The notes under the pieces: model-generated
Told to the model about the DNA's origin: nothing
The model's input: only the letters and a program-made list of their open reading frames with translations
The model's database searches: none
Part shown: positions 19,042-28,699 of the stretch, one piece after another
How positions within the stretch are numbered: the stretch's first letter is position 1
Layout of the letters: each line of letters begins with the position of its first letter
IMG/VR virus record: IMGVR_UViG_3300030497_000015
Source of the DNA: a virus
Strand: one strand, 5' to 3'
Length of the DNA stretch: 64,000 nucleotides
Made by a program: the position numbers and the translations under genes

Positions 19042-20139
19042 TTAACCTAAGTTTTTGATACGAGCGTGAGCTTTTTCTTGGAAGAACTCTAAAGAGTACT
19101 CGCCTAGAATCATGCCCTCCATGTAATCGCCTTTGATGCCTAAGTAAGTATGAGCGAACTCACGGCCTACTAATGGACGGATAGCGATACGGTTTGCGTC
19201 GATCACTAATACTTCATCGCCTTGAAGGTTGTTGTTTAGAACTACCTCAGCAGAACCGAAGTCCGTTGCGATGTGATCTACGACTACTCCACGAGAGTTT
19301 TGCTCTTGAGTCAAGCGAACTTTCTCGGAGTCTAGGTTTGAGATAGCGACTTTTTGCTTCGCTCCTACTACGATTACGAAGTTGCCTCCGCTTTCCATGC
19401 CGCCCTTCTCGAAGATGCTTTGGAATGCTTCTGTTAGCATTGCAGGAGAGATAGCTTCGCCGGCTGCATCTTGAACGTTCGTTTCGATGAATGAACGGAT
19501 ACCACGCATCATGCGTTTAGTGCCGTTTTCGTAACGAATGCCGTTGATGATCGCTTTCTCTAATTGAAGCGTAAGCTCTAATTGTTTCTTTTGCTTTTCG
19601 CTTTCGTATAGATTGTCGATGCCGTACTGATTAACTGCCATAGCAGTACCAGAAAGCTTCACGGAGTCGTCGAAGATTTGCGTAATGTTGCTTACACGCT
19701 TACGAGGCTTGTAACGAGATGTACGAGCTTCTTGTCCTTCGTCTCCTTCTGTGAACATTACTTCGGCTTTTGTGCCTACTGTGATCGCTGCTGCTGATGT
19801 GCCTGCGAATCCACGAGTTACCGTTAATTCTTTAGCTCCTACGTTTACCGCAGATACTAGAACTAACTCTTCGTCGATTTTTAGAACATGACCGACACGG
19901 AAAGGCTCTACGTCCGCTACTTTTAAAGTCGTTGCGTCGACTGCTGCTGCTGTTGCGATTGCTGCGTCTTGTCCGAACATTTCATCCTCGAACCATACAT
20001 GCTCCACGTTACCGATAGAAGAGCCGAAGCCTACTAGGGAAATCATCGGTGCTTGTAATGGATTAAGAAGTTTTAACTCGTCGACGATAGACTCACGAAC
20101 TCCGACTAAGTCGTTTGAGTATACTTTTTGTTCTGCCAT
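19042..20139 (-). CDS. Major capsid protein (SU10/DUF5309-like)
   Basis: HVWFED, NITQIF, RMMRGIRSFI, GEYSLE; follows scaffold gene. Confidence 0.9.
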   Translation of the reverse strand: MAEQKVYSNDLVGVRESIVDELKLLNPLQAPMISLVGFGSSIGNVEHVWFEDEMFGQDAAIATAAAVDATTLKVADVEPFRVGHVLKIDEELVLVSAVNVGAKELTVTRGFAGTSAAAITVGTKAEVMFTEGDEGQEARTSRYKPRKRVSNITQIFDDSVKLSGTAMAVNQYGIDNLYESEKQKKQLELTLQLEKAIINGIRYENGTKRMMRGIRSFIETNVQDAAGEAISPAMLTEAFQSIFEKGGMESGGNFVIVVGAKQKVAISNLDSEKVRLTQEQNSRGVVVDHIATDFGSAEVVLNNNLQGDEVLVIDANRIAIRPLVGREFAHTYLGIKGDYMEGMILGEYSLEFFQEKAHARIKNLG

Positions 20140-20205
20140 TGTTGTATTCCTCCTTGTGGAATTAAAAAGAGCCCTCTAAGTTTTGAAGGCTCCTTGCTAG
20201 TTTTT

Positions 20206-20871
20206 TTATTTTGATAGTTCTCTTTTTAGATTTACGTATGCGATTTTATCCTCTAGTCGTCCCGACTTTCTCGCTTTCTCTGCGGCTGCATTTAAAAGCT
20301 CTTCGTTTGATCGTTGCGACTTCTGATCTTTCACTTGATCGCTGCGACCTCCGATTTCTTTTTGCTGCTTTTTAGTAGCAAGTAAGAACGGTTTTTTCTC
20401 GATTAGATTTGCGACTACGTCCTCGATGCCTTTCACTTGATCGCCTTCGATCGTTACGGAACTCATGTCCGCTAAAGCGATAGCATCTTCGATATATTCG
20501 ATATTCGCTTTTCGAGCTGCCTCGACGAATGCCGAACGAATCGCTTTCGTTTCGTTATCTTTTTGAAGCTTTTCGATAGTCTTTTGAAGTTCGGAAAGGT
20601 TGCCGTCTTTTTCCTCAAGAGCTTTTTGAACTCGCTCTAATTCGGTAAGTTCCGCATCTGCTTTCTCTTTCTGAGACTTTTCGAATGCTTCTAACTTCGT
20701 TTTGATCTCGTCATAGTCTCCGAATTTCTCCTTGAGCTTATTGACTTTGCCTTGAATGATCGTATTAACTTCATCTTGAGTAAGAAGCTTTTCGTCTTTC
20801 TTAGCAGTTTCATCCTTCTTTTGTTCTGCTGCTTCTGCTGCGGCTTGAGCTGCTTGTTCTTCTGGGGTCAT
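20206..20871 (-). CDS. Capsid scaffolding protein
   Basis: Coiled coil, LTQDEVN, KKPFLL; precedes capsid gene. Confidence 0.85.
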   Translation of the reverse strand: MTPEEQAAQAAAEAAEQKKDETAKKDEKLLTQDEVNTIIQGKVNKLKEKFGDYDEIKTKLEAFEKSQKEKADAELTELERVQKALEEKDGNLSELQKTIEKLQKDNETKAIRSAFVEAARKANIEYIEDAIALADMSSVTIEGDQVKGIEDVVANLIEKKPFLLATKKQQKEIGGRSDQVKDQKSQRSNEELLNAAAEKARKSGRLEDKIAYVNLKRELSK

Positions 20872-21127
20872 AATGTTTTTCTCCTTTTTACCGTCGCTAT
20901 GACGTTTATTTTTCCTCGTGTATTAAAAGCCCGACCGAGTAGGCAAGAATTAAAAAAGACGAGCCGTCCGAGATAACCTCGAACCATTGCCCGCCTTGAC
21001 TGTTTTATTCGTGAGAGCTTCTGTACTTCTTTCGTTTCCATCGTCATATTGAACGGACTTTACTCCGCCTCTCTTCATTCGATGTGCCTTTCCGTGAATC
21101 TCCTTTATTGAGGAATGGTTTGCACAT

Positions 21128-22075
21128 TTATTCGATGTCTTTCGGATTCCTTCCGCCTGCTGCGAGTGCTGCGTTCCCTCGCTCGTGTTGCTTTTCCGCA
21201 GATTCCCGAACCGAGTCGGACAAGCGATCGAAATTCTTAAAGACTGTAAAGTGATGTCGGCATCTCGGATGAAAAATCTGATTCGATGCCTTGAGTTCGT
21301 CATACGTCGGATAACTTCCTTCTGCTTGGGGAACGAGCTTGATTATGCGTCCTTCATGGAAGCGACAAGCGTCTTTTGCCCCTGCATAGGAGATAATCCC
21401 GTAATTCGCTCCTCGAGCGACGGCTTCATTTGTCTGGGCTTGGCGATATGTTTCGAGCTGTACTGATCGAGTAAGCATGTCCACATAATCGCTTGGATTC
21501 CATCTGTTTTTTCCTGCATCGAGTATAACCTTCTCGACTGAGTCCCCGAGCTTATCTCTAAGCCCTTGCAGGATTAAACGATTCTGAGTCTCTATCCCGT
21601 TGACTCCTTTTGCCATCTGTTGCCGCATTACTTCTCCCGAGACTTCTCGGATAGTGTTGCGGACTTGTTTCCGAATGTTATTCGTGATTGCAAGAATATC
21701 CTCGTTGGTGCGTTCGATGTAAAGCTCGATCATAGCTGTGTTTAATTGATTAAACTTGACTATGTCTTTCGCTTCTACGAGAGTAGCTGCAAGCCCGAGA
21801 TTTACGAGCGTTGCTGCGGTCCCGTCGAAAGCAGCTTCGGGGATACTTGCCTTCACCCAATCGGCAGCAAACAAGTCGAGCTCTTTAAGTCTCTTCTCTA
21901 TTTGCTTGAGAGTGACAAGTGCATTTGCTCGTTGAAAGTTATTAAGGTCGATTCGAAGTAAATACGATTGTATATCTCGCATCGCTCTTTTATATTCATC
22001 GACGAGCTTTGTCGCATTGCCTTTATATTGAGGCTGAGGGACCGAACGTCCCTCGATGTCTAGGTACTCGGCCAT
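21128..22075 (-). CDS. Minor capsid/head morphogenesis protein
   Basis: DACRFHEG...IFHPRCRH motif. Confidence 0.8.
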   Translation of the reverse strand: MAEYLDIEGRSVPQPQYKGNATKLVDEYKRAMRDIQSYLLRIDLNNFQRANALVTLKQIEKRLKELDLFAADWVKASIPEAAFDGTAATLVNLGLAATLVEAKDIVKFNQLNTAMIELYIERTNEDILAITNNIRKQVRNTIREVSGEVMRQQMAKGVNGIETQNRLILQGLRDKLGDSVEKVILDAGKNRWNPSDYVDMLTRSVQLETYRQAQTNEAVARGANYGIISYAGAKDACRFHEGRIIKLVPQAEGSYPTYDELKASNQIFHPRCRHHFTVFKNFDRLSDSVRESAEKQHERGNAALAAGGRNPKDIE

Positions 22076-23691
22076 TATTCATCGCCTGCCTTGTCCTTTG
22101 AAATCTCCTCTTCGACGGCTTCATCTGTGATGTTGGCCGTTTGTTGATTAAAGATTTGAGAGTCTACTGTCGAAAGAGCTGCATCCTCTTCGTCTTGTAT
22201 TCTCTTCATCTCTTCGTCGATTTGGTCGTCAGATAAGCCGTCCATATCTTTAATAGCTGAGCGAACTGCTGCTGTAGCTTTATTTCCTGTACGAATAGCC
22301 CACGTCTCTGCGAGAGATTTTTCGTCTCTAGGAAGCCCGTCGTTCCACATAATAGATACGTCGGTCGGCTCGTATGATTCGAACCCTTCGACTGCTGCAT
22401 TTCCCTCGTTGTCGAGAATCATCGCAGATTTGATCGCATCTTTAAAAGCATGATCGACATGCGTTCGGATGCGTTTTACTTTCGTTAGAATCGGCATGAA
22501 CCGAGCTTTTATCGAACCCGAGTCCGTGTGACTTGTACCCGTTCCGCCTGCATTTCCTACCGAAGTCCCGAAGAGCCATTGTGGAGTCTCTGCGACTTGA
22601 TAGATTAATGAAAGCAAGAGCTCAAGCTCTCGGAATGCTGCTTCGAGTTTTCCATCGAAAGTAAGATAGTTCGGAGCGATCTCGTCTTTTCGAACGGGGA
22701 TATATACTCCGCCCGATGTCATTTCCCGACTATCTGATAAGTCTGGGCCGTACATATTCGGGTCTGAATGTTTGTAGAGTATATAGTCGATCTGTACGAG
22801 ACGATCGTTCACGGCTGCGATAAGGTCCTCGATGCGTTCGGCTGTGCCGATGCCTTGCCATTGTTCATCCGTTGTCTGATAAGGAACGTGGAAAACTAAT
22901 GGATTCGGAACTCCTGTTTCTACTAAACTATCTGGAAGATGAATCTCTTCGATAATGTCGTAGACTGTTATCCCTTGAGAAAAGGCTCCCGCATTCTCTT
23001 TCAGTTTGAATCGAGAGTACTCGATAAAACCTGCGAGATGTCTTTCGACTGCTAGATAAGGAACCGCATTGCCGAGAAGATTATCTTCCCATTCGACGTG
23101 TGCGATCGAGAATGCCTTGAACTTCTTACGAGAGTTCTTCGCTAGTTCTGGAAAGACTGTCGACGGGTCCTGAGCCTCGATGATCGGCTCCATTCGGTGA
23201 GACTTCGGTATATAAGGAAGGTCCGAAAGGTCCTCTCTATAATTGAAGAATACCTTCAAGAAGGAATCGCCTCGATAGCCGGCTCCTGTTGTGATCTCCT
23301 GTCCTAGAAGATTGAGCTTGTTTTTTGTTACGATGCGATTAAGAGCTTTTTGCTCCTTCGATTTGTGTCCCTTGTCTGTCTCGTAAGACGGGGCATCTTG
23401 GAACATCATATCGGACGGCTTCGTCGTAAGTATGCCGAGAATATTAACTGCTAGGTATAATGTTCGAAGCTGATCGGTTTTAACCTTGCTTCGATATACG
23501 GAGTTTGCTCGGTTGAATACTTCTTTGTGTTTGCCGTCGAAAAGAGCTTTGTATCTCTTATTCTTTGATAGTCGCTCGATCTCATTTTCGGGAGGGAACT
23601 GTTTCCCCACTTCAAAAAGACGATCGTTGCTCGGGGACATGAACTCGTAAGAATCATCCGTCCGAGTATCTTGTTTGAATATGGATGCCAT
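22075..23691 (-). CDS. Portal protein (SPP1-like)
   Basis: 538 aa after terL; acidic C-terminal helix; synteny. Confidence 0.85.
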   Translation of the reverse strand: MASIFKQDTRTDDSYEFMSPSNDRLFEVGKQFPPENEIERLSKNKRYKALFDGKHKEVFNRANSVYRSKVKTDQLRTLYLAVNILGILTTKPSDMMFQDAPSYETDKGHKSKEQKALNRIVTKNKLNLLGQEITTGAGYRGDSFLKVFFNYREDLSDLPYIPKSHRMEPIIEAQDPSTVFPELAKNSRKKFKAFSIAHVEWEDNLLGNAVPYLAVERHLAGFIEYSRFKLKENAGAFSQGITVYDIIEEIHLPDSLVETGVPNPLVFHVPYQTTDEQWQGIGTAERIEDLIAAVNDRLVQIDYILYKHSDPNMYGPDLSDSREMTSGGVYIPVRKDEIAPNYLTFDGKLEAAFRELELLLSLIYQVAETPQWLFGTSVGNAGGTGTSHTDSGSIKARFMPILTKVKRIRTHVDHAFKDAIKSAMILDNEGNAAVEGFESYEPTDVSIMWNDGLPRDEKSLAETWAIRTGNKATAAVRSAIKDMDGLSDDQIDEEMKRIQDEEDAALSTVDSQIFNQQTANITDEAVEEEISKDKAGDE

Positions 23692-23746
23692 CCGTTCCCC
23701 TCCTTTATAAGATATTTGCTCGATTTCTCGAGCTTTGCTTTACGAT

Positions 23747-23766
23747 GCTTTACATCGTGTAAACTA
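23747..23766. promoter_or_regulatory. Palindromic operator TTTACA-N3-TGTAAA upstream of portal
   Basis: 18/20 identical to 27344-27363. Confidence 0.5.
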
Positions 23767-23854
23767 CTCCCTCTCTATTCTAATAAGGAGATAGAGCCCT
23801 TTATTTGTATACTTATAGGAAAAAAACAAGAAAAAGAGGGGAAAAATCCCCCTT

Positions 23855-25615
23855 TTATAACCATGTCGGCTTTTCGATTACTGCTCGTTTTGCTCGTGCT
23901 ACGTTCTCGACGGACATTTGAAGAGAGTCGATCGCATCGACATAGTCTGTCGCATTCGGATAGCCTTGCATCTGCTCGAGTAGTATCTTATGATTCTCGT
24001 TGAATACGAGAGTCTTGTTCGCAGTATAGGGCTCGAGAGATTCGATACGCTGCTCCTTCGAACTTTTATGAGACTTGATATCTTGAACTCTAGTCGAATA
24101 GATTCCCTCGACACGAAGTCTCTCGGATAGCTGTCTATAAAATTCATGCTGAGCATTGATCGTCTCGACTGAGAATATGTGATGTCGGAATCGTTTTACT
24201 CTCTCGACTATGCGGTCGATGAATAGATGCGGCTGCTCTCTCGAAGAGTACTCGTCTAAGACGAAGATATATCCCGAAGGCTCATGCCTGCCGACCGTGA
24301 CTGCCGAGTTGAAACATCCTCGAGCTGCTTTTCCCATTGCGATATCCCACGAGCCCGATATCGTCATGTCGGAAAGCTTGTACTCATTTCCTTCGAACAT
24401 AATCGCTCGATTCCCGTACTCGTCCGTCTTGTACCGGTAATATGCGAATGCGTTGATATCGAAGAACATTTCATCCTCTGAATAGGCCCGATTTCTATAT
24501 TCCGAGTTAAAGTTTTTCGTTCCGCCGTTCGCTTTCTCGTGCATGAGTTCTCGATAGGTCCATCTCCACTCCCACGCTACACGGCATCCCGACTCAAGAG
24601 CTTCTCGGTGATCTTCGTAAAAATCGTCAGGCTCCGTCATGTTGTCGGCTCTCTTGTAGATTTGAAGATACTCTTCCCATAATTCGGGATAGTCTGGCTC
24701 TGCGAGTATCGCATCATGAAAAGAAGGAATGAAGTCCTTTCGGTTTAAGACGTGATTAAGAGCTCCCGTGCTTGAAACCATTGTTCCGACGAATACGATG
24801 CTCGTTGACTTTGAACCCATAGGCAAAACTACGGCATTCATCCAGTCGATGAGCTTCTCTCGAGCTTCTTTCGTTCCTTCGTTGTTCGTCGATGAGATGT
24901 CGTCTAGGACGATGAGCGAAGGTCTTAGGGCCCCGTGCCTCATGCCTCTAAGCTGCTTCCCTGCGGAAGATGCCTCGACTCGAGCGTTTGTGCTCGTGAT
25001 GAATACGTCCTCGTTATCCTTTTCGTTTCTTGTGTTCTGAGGATGCAAGAGCTCTCCGAAGTCCTCTCTTAAAAGAGAATTGAATTTAAGCTGCTTGTTC
25101 GCCCACGATACGAGCTTCTTCGAAAGAGTGTCAGTTTCACTTATGATAATTGTGTACGGACGTTTTCGAAAAACGGTTTGATGAAGAACGAAGCAGTTCG
25201 AAAAAATTCCGCTCTTGCTGTGCCCTCTGGGAGCTGCAATGCCGAGTTTTGCATTCGGTTTTTCATGATCGACGAAGTCGCATAGATTGAAGAACTCTCT
25301 ATGTATCGGAGCAAGTTCTTCTAGTGGCTGATGCGGAGTTCCGTCGTCTCCATTCCGAATGATGTTGTCCTCATTAGTCGGGTTTTCTTGATCTGATAGA
25401 TAAGCGAACGCAAAATAAGCGACATCTTCTTCGGCTCTGTGAATACGCTTGAGACGCTTTAGTTCCGCCTTATCTTGAAGCATCATGTCGATGTGATAGT
25501 CTGTTGCCTCTCCTGCTTTGTAGAGCTGTAAGAGCTTCTCAATGCGTGTAGAGACTAGGTCGATTCTGTCTTGTCTGGCTGCTCTGTCGAGCCATTTGTT
25601 ATTGATAAAAGCCAT
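23855..25615 (-). CDS. terL: Terminase large subunit
   Basis: APRGHSKS Walker A, IVLDD Walker B, nuclease WDIA...DAIDS. Confidence 0.95.
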   Translation of the reverse strand: MAFINNKWLDRAARQDRIDLVSTRIEKLLQLYKAGEATDYHIDMMLQDKAELKRLKRIHRAEEDVAYFAFAYLSDQENPTNEDNIIRNGDDGTPHQPLEELAPIHREFFNLCDFVDHEKPNAKLGIAAPRGHSKSGIFSNCFVLHQTVFRKRPYTIIISETDTLSKKLVSWANKQLKFNSLLREDFGELLHPQNTRNEKDNEDVFITSTNARVEASSAGKQLRGMRHGALRPSLIVLDDISSTNNEGTKEAREKLIDWMNAVVLPMGSKSTSIVFVGTMVSSTGALNHVLNRKDFIPSFHDAILAEPDYPELWEEYLQIYKRADNMTEPDDFYEDHREALESGCRVAWEWRWTYRELMHEKANGGTKNFNSEYRNRAYSEDEMFFDINAFAYYRYKTDEYGNRAIMFEGNEYKLSDMTISGSWDIAMGKAARGCFNSAVTVGRHEPSGYIFVLDEYSSREQPHLFIDRIVERVKRFRHHIFSVETINAQHEFYRQLSERLRVEGIYSTRVQDIKSHKSSKEQRIESLEPYTANKTLVFNENHKILLEQMQGYPNATDYVDAIDSLQMSVENVARAKRAVIEKPTWL

Positions 25616-25677
25616 ACGATTTCCCCTTTCCGGATAATAAAAAAAGAGGAGCCGAAGCCCCTCCGATTGTGTTGCGA

Positions 25678-26100
25678 TTATTTGTCGAGCATTTCCTCGA
25701 GCTCTGCGAGTTCTTTCTTGAGTGCAGCGTCCGAGCGATTCTCGTTGTCTCCTGAGCCGTCCTCGATGATCGTTTTATCGGTCAATAGAGCGAAGCGACG
25801 GAAGAATAAGTCGATACCTTTAATAGAAGGCTGCGAGCCCGATATCGTCTTGAGTAGCTGCTTGTATACGTATGGACGCATAGACGAGAAGAAGTCGTCT
25901 GCGAGCATGTTTCGATACTCGATGAACGTCTTATTCTGAGTCCTCCATTTATAAAGAGCTTGACGAGTGACTCCGACTTCGGATGCGATCTCGTCTTGAG
26001 ATTTCTTCTCTTCTGTTTCGAGTTCATTCTCGACGAGCATTAGAGCCGCCTTTCGTTGTTGAAGCGTGAGTTTTGCTTCGAGTTCCTTTCGAGTTGCCAT
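25678..26100 (-). CDS. terS: Terminase small subunit (HTH)
   Basis: SQDEIASEVGVTRQALYKW HTH; directly upstream of terL. Confidence 0.8.
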   Translation of the reverse strand: MATRKELEAKLTLQQRKAALMLVENELETEEKKSQDEIASEVGVTRQALYKWRTQNKTFIEYRNMLADDFFSSMRPYVYKQLLKTISGSQPSIKGIDLFFRRFALLTDKTIIEDGSGDNENRSDAALKKELAELEEMLDK

Positions 26101-26212
26101 CGTGTTTCCTCCCTTCGTAGATTTGTCGATAAATAATTATTGACTCCATTTCCGTATCGTGATATTATCGGTTTAACGACAAAAACACGGATAAGAAAAA
26201 GGAGACAATTCA

Positions 26213-26758
26213 ATGAACGTAGTTGAAGCGATCAAGGATAAGAAAGATATAAATAAATTGAAAAAGGCCCTTCCAGATAGAGATAGACTTATGTTTGTAT
26301 TAGGAATAAATACAGGTCTTAGAATTTCGGATGTTTTGGAACTACGTGTTCTCGACCTCCTCGACGAGAACGGCAAGCCGAAAGAAAAGGTTGTCATTCG
26401 TGAGAAGAAAACGAAAAAGAGAAAAGAGTTCCCTTTGAATAAAGCAGTATTAACGGAGCTTAAAAAATTGAAGTACAATTCAATGGAGGATTACATTATT
26501 CCTTCGCAAAAAGGCGGAGCGATCTCGAGAGTACAAGCCTATCGGCTTTTGAACGCTGCCGCAGAACGGGCAGGACTTTCCTTCGAGATAGGAACGCATT
26601 CATGTCGTAAGACATTCGGATATCATGCGATTAAAAATGGAACTCCGATTCACGTAGTACAAAAGCTCTTGAATCATTCGAGCTCCCGTGAGACTCTCCG
26701 ATATGTCGGATTGACTCAAGAAGTTATGGACGATGTTTATATGACGATCAATTTGTAA
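26213..26758 (+). CDS. Tyrosine recombinase, catalytic domain only (probable dimer resolvase)
   Basis: GLRISD, HSCRKTF, LNH, TLRY; own promoter TTGACT-17-TATTAT (26140-26168). Confidence 0.9.
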   Translation: MNVVEAIKDKKDINKLKKALPDRDRLMFVLGINTGLRISDVLELRVLDLLDENGKPKEKVVIREKKTKKRKEFPLNKAVLTELKKLKYNSMEDYIIPSQKGGAISRVQAYRLLNAAAERAGLSFEIGTHSCRKTFGYHAIKNGTPIHVVQKLLNHSSSRETLRYVGLTQEVMDDVYMTINL

Positions 26759-26760
26759 AG

Positions 26761-26790
26761 GGGACGGCAGCGATGCCGCCTCTCTTTTTT
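26761..26790. terminator. Intrinsic terminator between the recombinase gene and the convergent RNA unit
   Basis: GGGACGGCAGCGATGCCGCCTCTC followed by T-run. Confidence 0.65.
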
Positions 26791-26791
26791 G

Positions 26792-26915
26792 TTGTAGCTC
26801 GACGGGACTTGAACCCGTAACCCTCGGATTTAGGCCTTTCTTTTTCTTCCGCATCGCTTCGGAGAAGGAATTGAACCTTCACAGTGTCCGAGCTCTACCT
26901 ATTGATATACGAGCC
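26792..26915 (-). tRNA. Degenerate tRNA-like element with an ~50-nt insert in the anticodon loop
   Basis: GGCTCG/CGAGCT acceptor, AATAGGTAGAGC D region, TCGGA/TCCGA anticodon stem, ACGGG-TTCAAGT-CCCGT T-arm; no CCA. Confidence 0.6.
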
Positions 26916-27329
26916 TTTTAGTGCATCGGGGAGGCGGCGATATCTCCCATCTCTGGCGACTGCTTTACGCTTTTTATGTCTCCGTAGATTTGACGGCCAT
27001 TGTACGTTATTGCAGCGTGTCGGCAACCTTTCCGACCTCGATGCGAGTTGGCTTCTGGGCTTCTCGGTACTCCGAAGATATACCGAGACTACTCTTGCCT
27101 TACCGTTGCCGAAGCTGCCACGGGTCGGAGCCCTCGGGAGGTCCTCGCAGATTTGCGACGCTGCGAGACGTACTTCTCGTAAAATTATTCTCTCACGGCT
27201 GAATATGGCCCGATCTTTCTTGAGCCCTCGTCTATCCCGTGCCTCACGAGCGAGGTCCGATATCCTCCATTACGGGGAGCAAGGGAGCTCGAGTTCTCCC
27301 TCTATCTCTATTAATGATCTACGCATCCC
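26916..27329 (-). ncRNA. Candidate large structured ncRNA
   Basis: Four nested long-range helices plus many hairpins, including cUUCGg loops; no convincing ORF. Confidence 0.6.
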
Positions 27330-27343
27330 TTTTTGTATACATT

Positions 27344-27363
27344 GCTTTACATGATGTAAACTA
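27344..27363. promoter_or_regulatory. Palindromic operator TTTACA-N3-TGTAAA upstream of the ncRNA
   Basis: Near-identical to 23747-23766. Confidence 0.5.
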
Positions 27364-27414
27364 TTTATCTATGCGATCACGAGAGAGCTTTGCTCGATTC
27401 GTAATTATTTAATA

Positions 27415-27507
27415 TCGTTAAAGATTAGTTCTTGTTAAAAGATTAGTTCTTCTTAGTGTCAAGTCTACCCGTGTCGGCTCTATCGGTGTCGGGTCCGCTT
27501 GACATGG
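27415..27507. repeat. Iteron/origin-like element, copy 1
   Basis: AAGATTAGTTCTT direct repeats plus TGTCAAG...CTTGACA inverted pair; 23 bp identical to 62602-62624. Confidence 0.55.
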
Positions 27508-27604
27508 CTTTCTATTTGTCTATCTGTCGATGGATGCGAATGCGAGGCGATAAGAGGACGCATATACTCTCTGCCCTCGGCCCTAAAAAAGTTTTAAATT
27601 TTAT

Positions 27605-27632
27605 GTCCCGATCTTCGATGCTGCTTCGCTAA
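27605..27632 (+). promoter_or_regulatory. Phage-sigma promoter
   Basis: GTCCC-17-CGCTAA. Confidence 0.65.
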
Positions 27633-27671
27633 ACAATATGTAAGACAAATAAGCGAAAATAATCGGAGGAA

Positions 27672-28196
27672 TTGAAAATGTTAAATAAACCAATGAAAAC
27701 ATACGAAGTAGATGCATCGGCTTTAATAGATTTGGACCTAAACTTAAAAGGATTAAGCTCGGATAAGATAAAAGTATCGAAGAAGGTCGCAGAAGCTTTT
27801 CGAATACTAATGGACCGCTATTCGATGGAAACGCTATTCGAGAGGGGATATCAACTCATTAAGAACGCTCCTTTGTATAAGAACGTGAGGACCTCAACTC
27901 ACATAGAAGCTGCTTCTGTAATGGCGGAGTTTTTTAGGGGAATGGACGAGCCTGCTACGATGTACGCTCGCATGTTAATAGATGGATTCGAAGTAGAATA
28001 CACACAAGAGGAAGTCAATGCGGAACTATTAGAGGATTTAAAATGCCGTATTGCTCGTATGATAGAAAGGAAGAAAGACTTCGCAGAGAATGGACCTCTT
28101 CACATTCGCAATCATTACGAAGCGACGGGCAGATATCCGCAAGGTGTCTACGAGCTCGGGGAAGTTCTCGAATGCTTAGAAAATATAAAACTATAA
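27672..28196 (+). CDS. Hypothetical protein (DUF1642-like segment)
   Basis: 174 aa; preceded by the only plus-strand GTCCC/CGCTAA promoter. Confidence 0.7.
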   Translation: MKMLNKPMKTYEVDASALIDLDLNLKGLSSDKIKVSKKVAEAFRILMDRYSMETLFERGYQLIKNAPLYKNVRTSTHIEAASVMAEFFRGMDEPATMYARMLIDGFEVEYTQEEVNAELLEDLKCRIARMIERKKDFAENGPLHIRNHYEATGRYPQGVYELGEVLECLENIKL

Positions 28197-28332
28197 AAGA
28201 AGAAGCCGCAGGGACTCGATGCCCTCGGCTCTTTTTGTTATTCTGGGAGATTATCCCTTCGAAGTATATTTATTAGTAGATTCGGTATATAATAGAAGGA
28301 ATTAGAAAAACACGGCGAGGAGAGATTCGTTT

Positions 28333-28665
28333 ATGACGACAAATAAGATAAAAGATTCGTTAAAAGACTGTAAGCTCGAGTTCACTTTTGAGTCGGGGAA
28401 AAAGATATATCTCGAAGGCTTCCTCGATGCGGGGGACGATAATATTTTCGATATGAATATATACGAGGACCCTTCACTTAAAGACGAAGGAGTCGCCCTG
28501 TCGGATGATATGCGGACATCTATGCGGAATTTATTTGTAGGGCTGCATTCGATGTTGAATTTTTCCGAGCAAGACCCTAATTACTCTGCCGAAGATAAGC
28601 GAGTGGATATCGACATCGAGAAAGAATATGATCGGTTAGAAAAACGGGACGCAAACGGGAATTAA
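28333..28665 (+). CDS. Hypothetical acidic protein
   Basis: 110 aa with GAGG RBS. Confidence 0.65.
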   Translation: MTTNKIKDSLKDCKLEFTFESGKKIYLEGFLDAGDDNIFDMNIYEDPSLKDEGVALSDDMRTSMRNLFVGLHSMLNFSEQDPNYSAEDKRVDIDIEKEYDRLEKRDANGN

Positions 28666-28699
28666 TCGGGACGCATCCGACTACCCGAGTTTAAAAATA

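Noticed and set aside
20950-21127. Small ORF or structured RNA between the minor capsid and scaffold genes
   Set aside because: A 42-aa MKRGGVK... ORF and an AACCATT/AATGGTT pairing are present, but the evidence is too weak to call either
26792-27329. tmRNA or RNase P RNA
   Set aside because: The acceptor stem pairs locally (26915-26910) rather than with the RNA 5' end, no tag ORF is evident, and the RNase P GAGGAAAGUCC-type P4 motif is absent. A covariance search is needed to exclude these fully.
26884-27354. Plus-strand ORFs (156, 93 and 60 aa) over the ncRNA
   Set aside because: No RBS, atypical Arg/Ser/Leu-rich composition; better explained as shadow frames of a structured RNA
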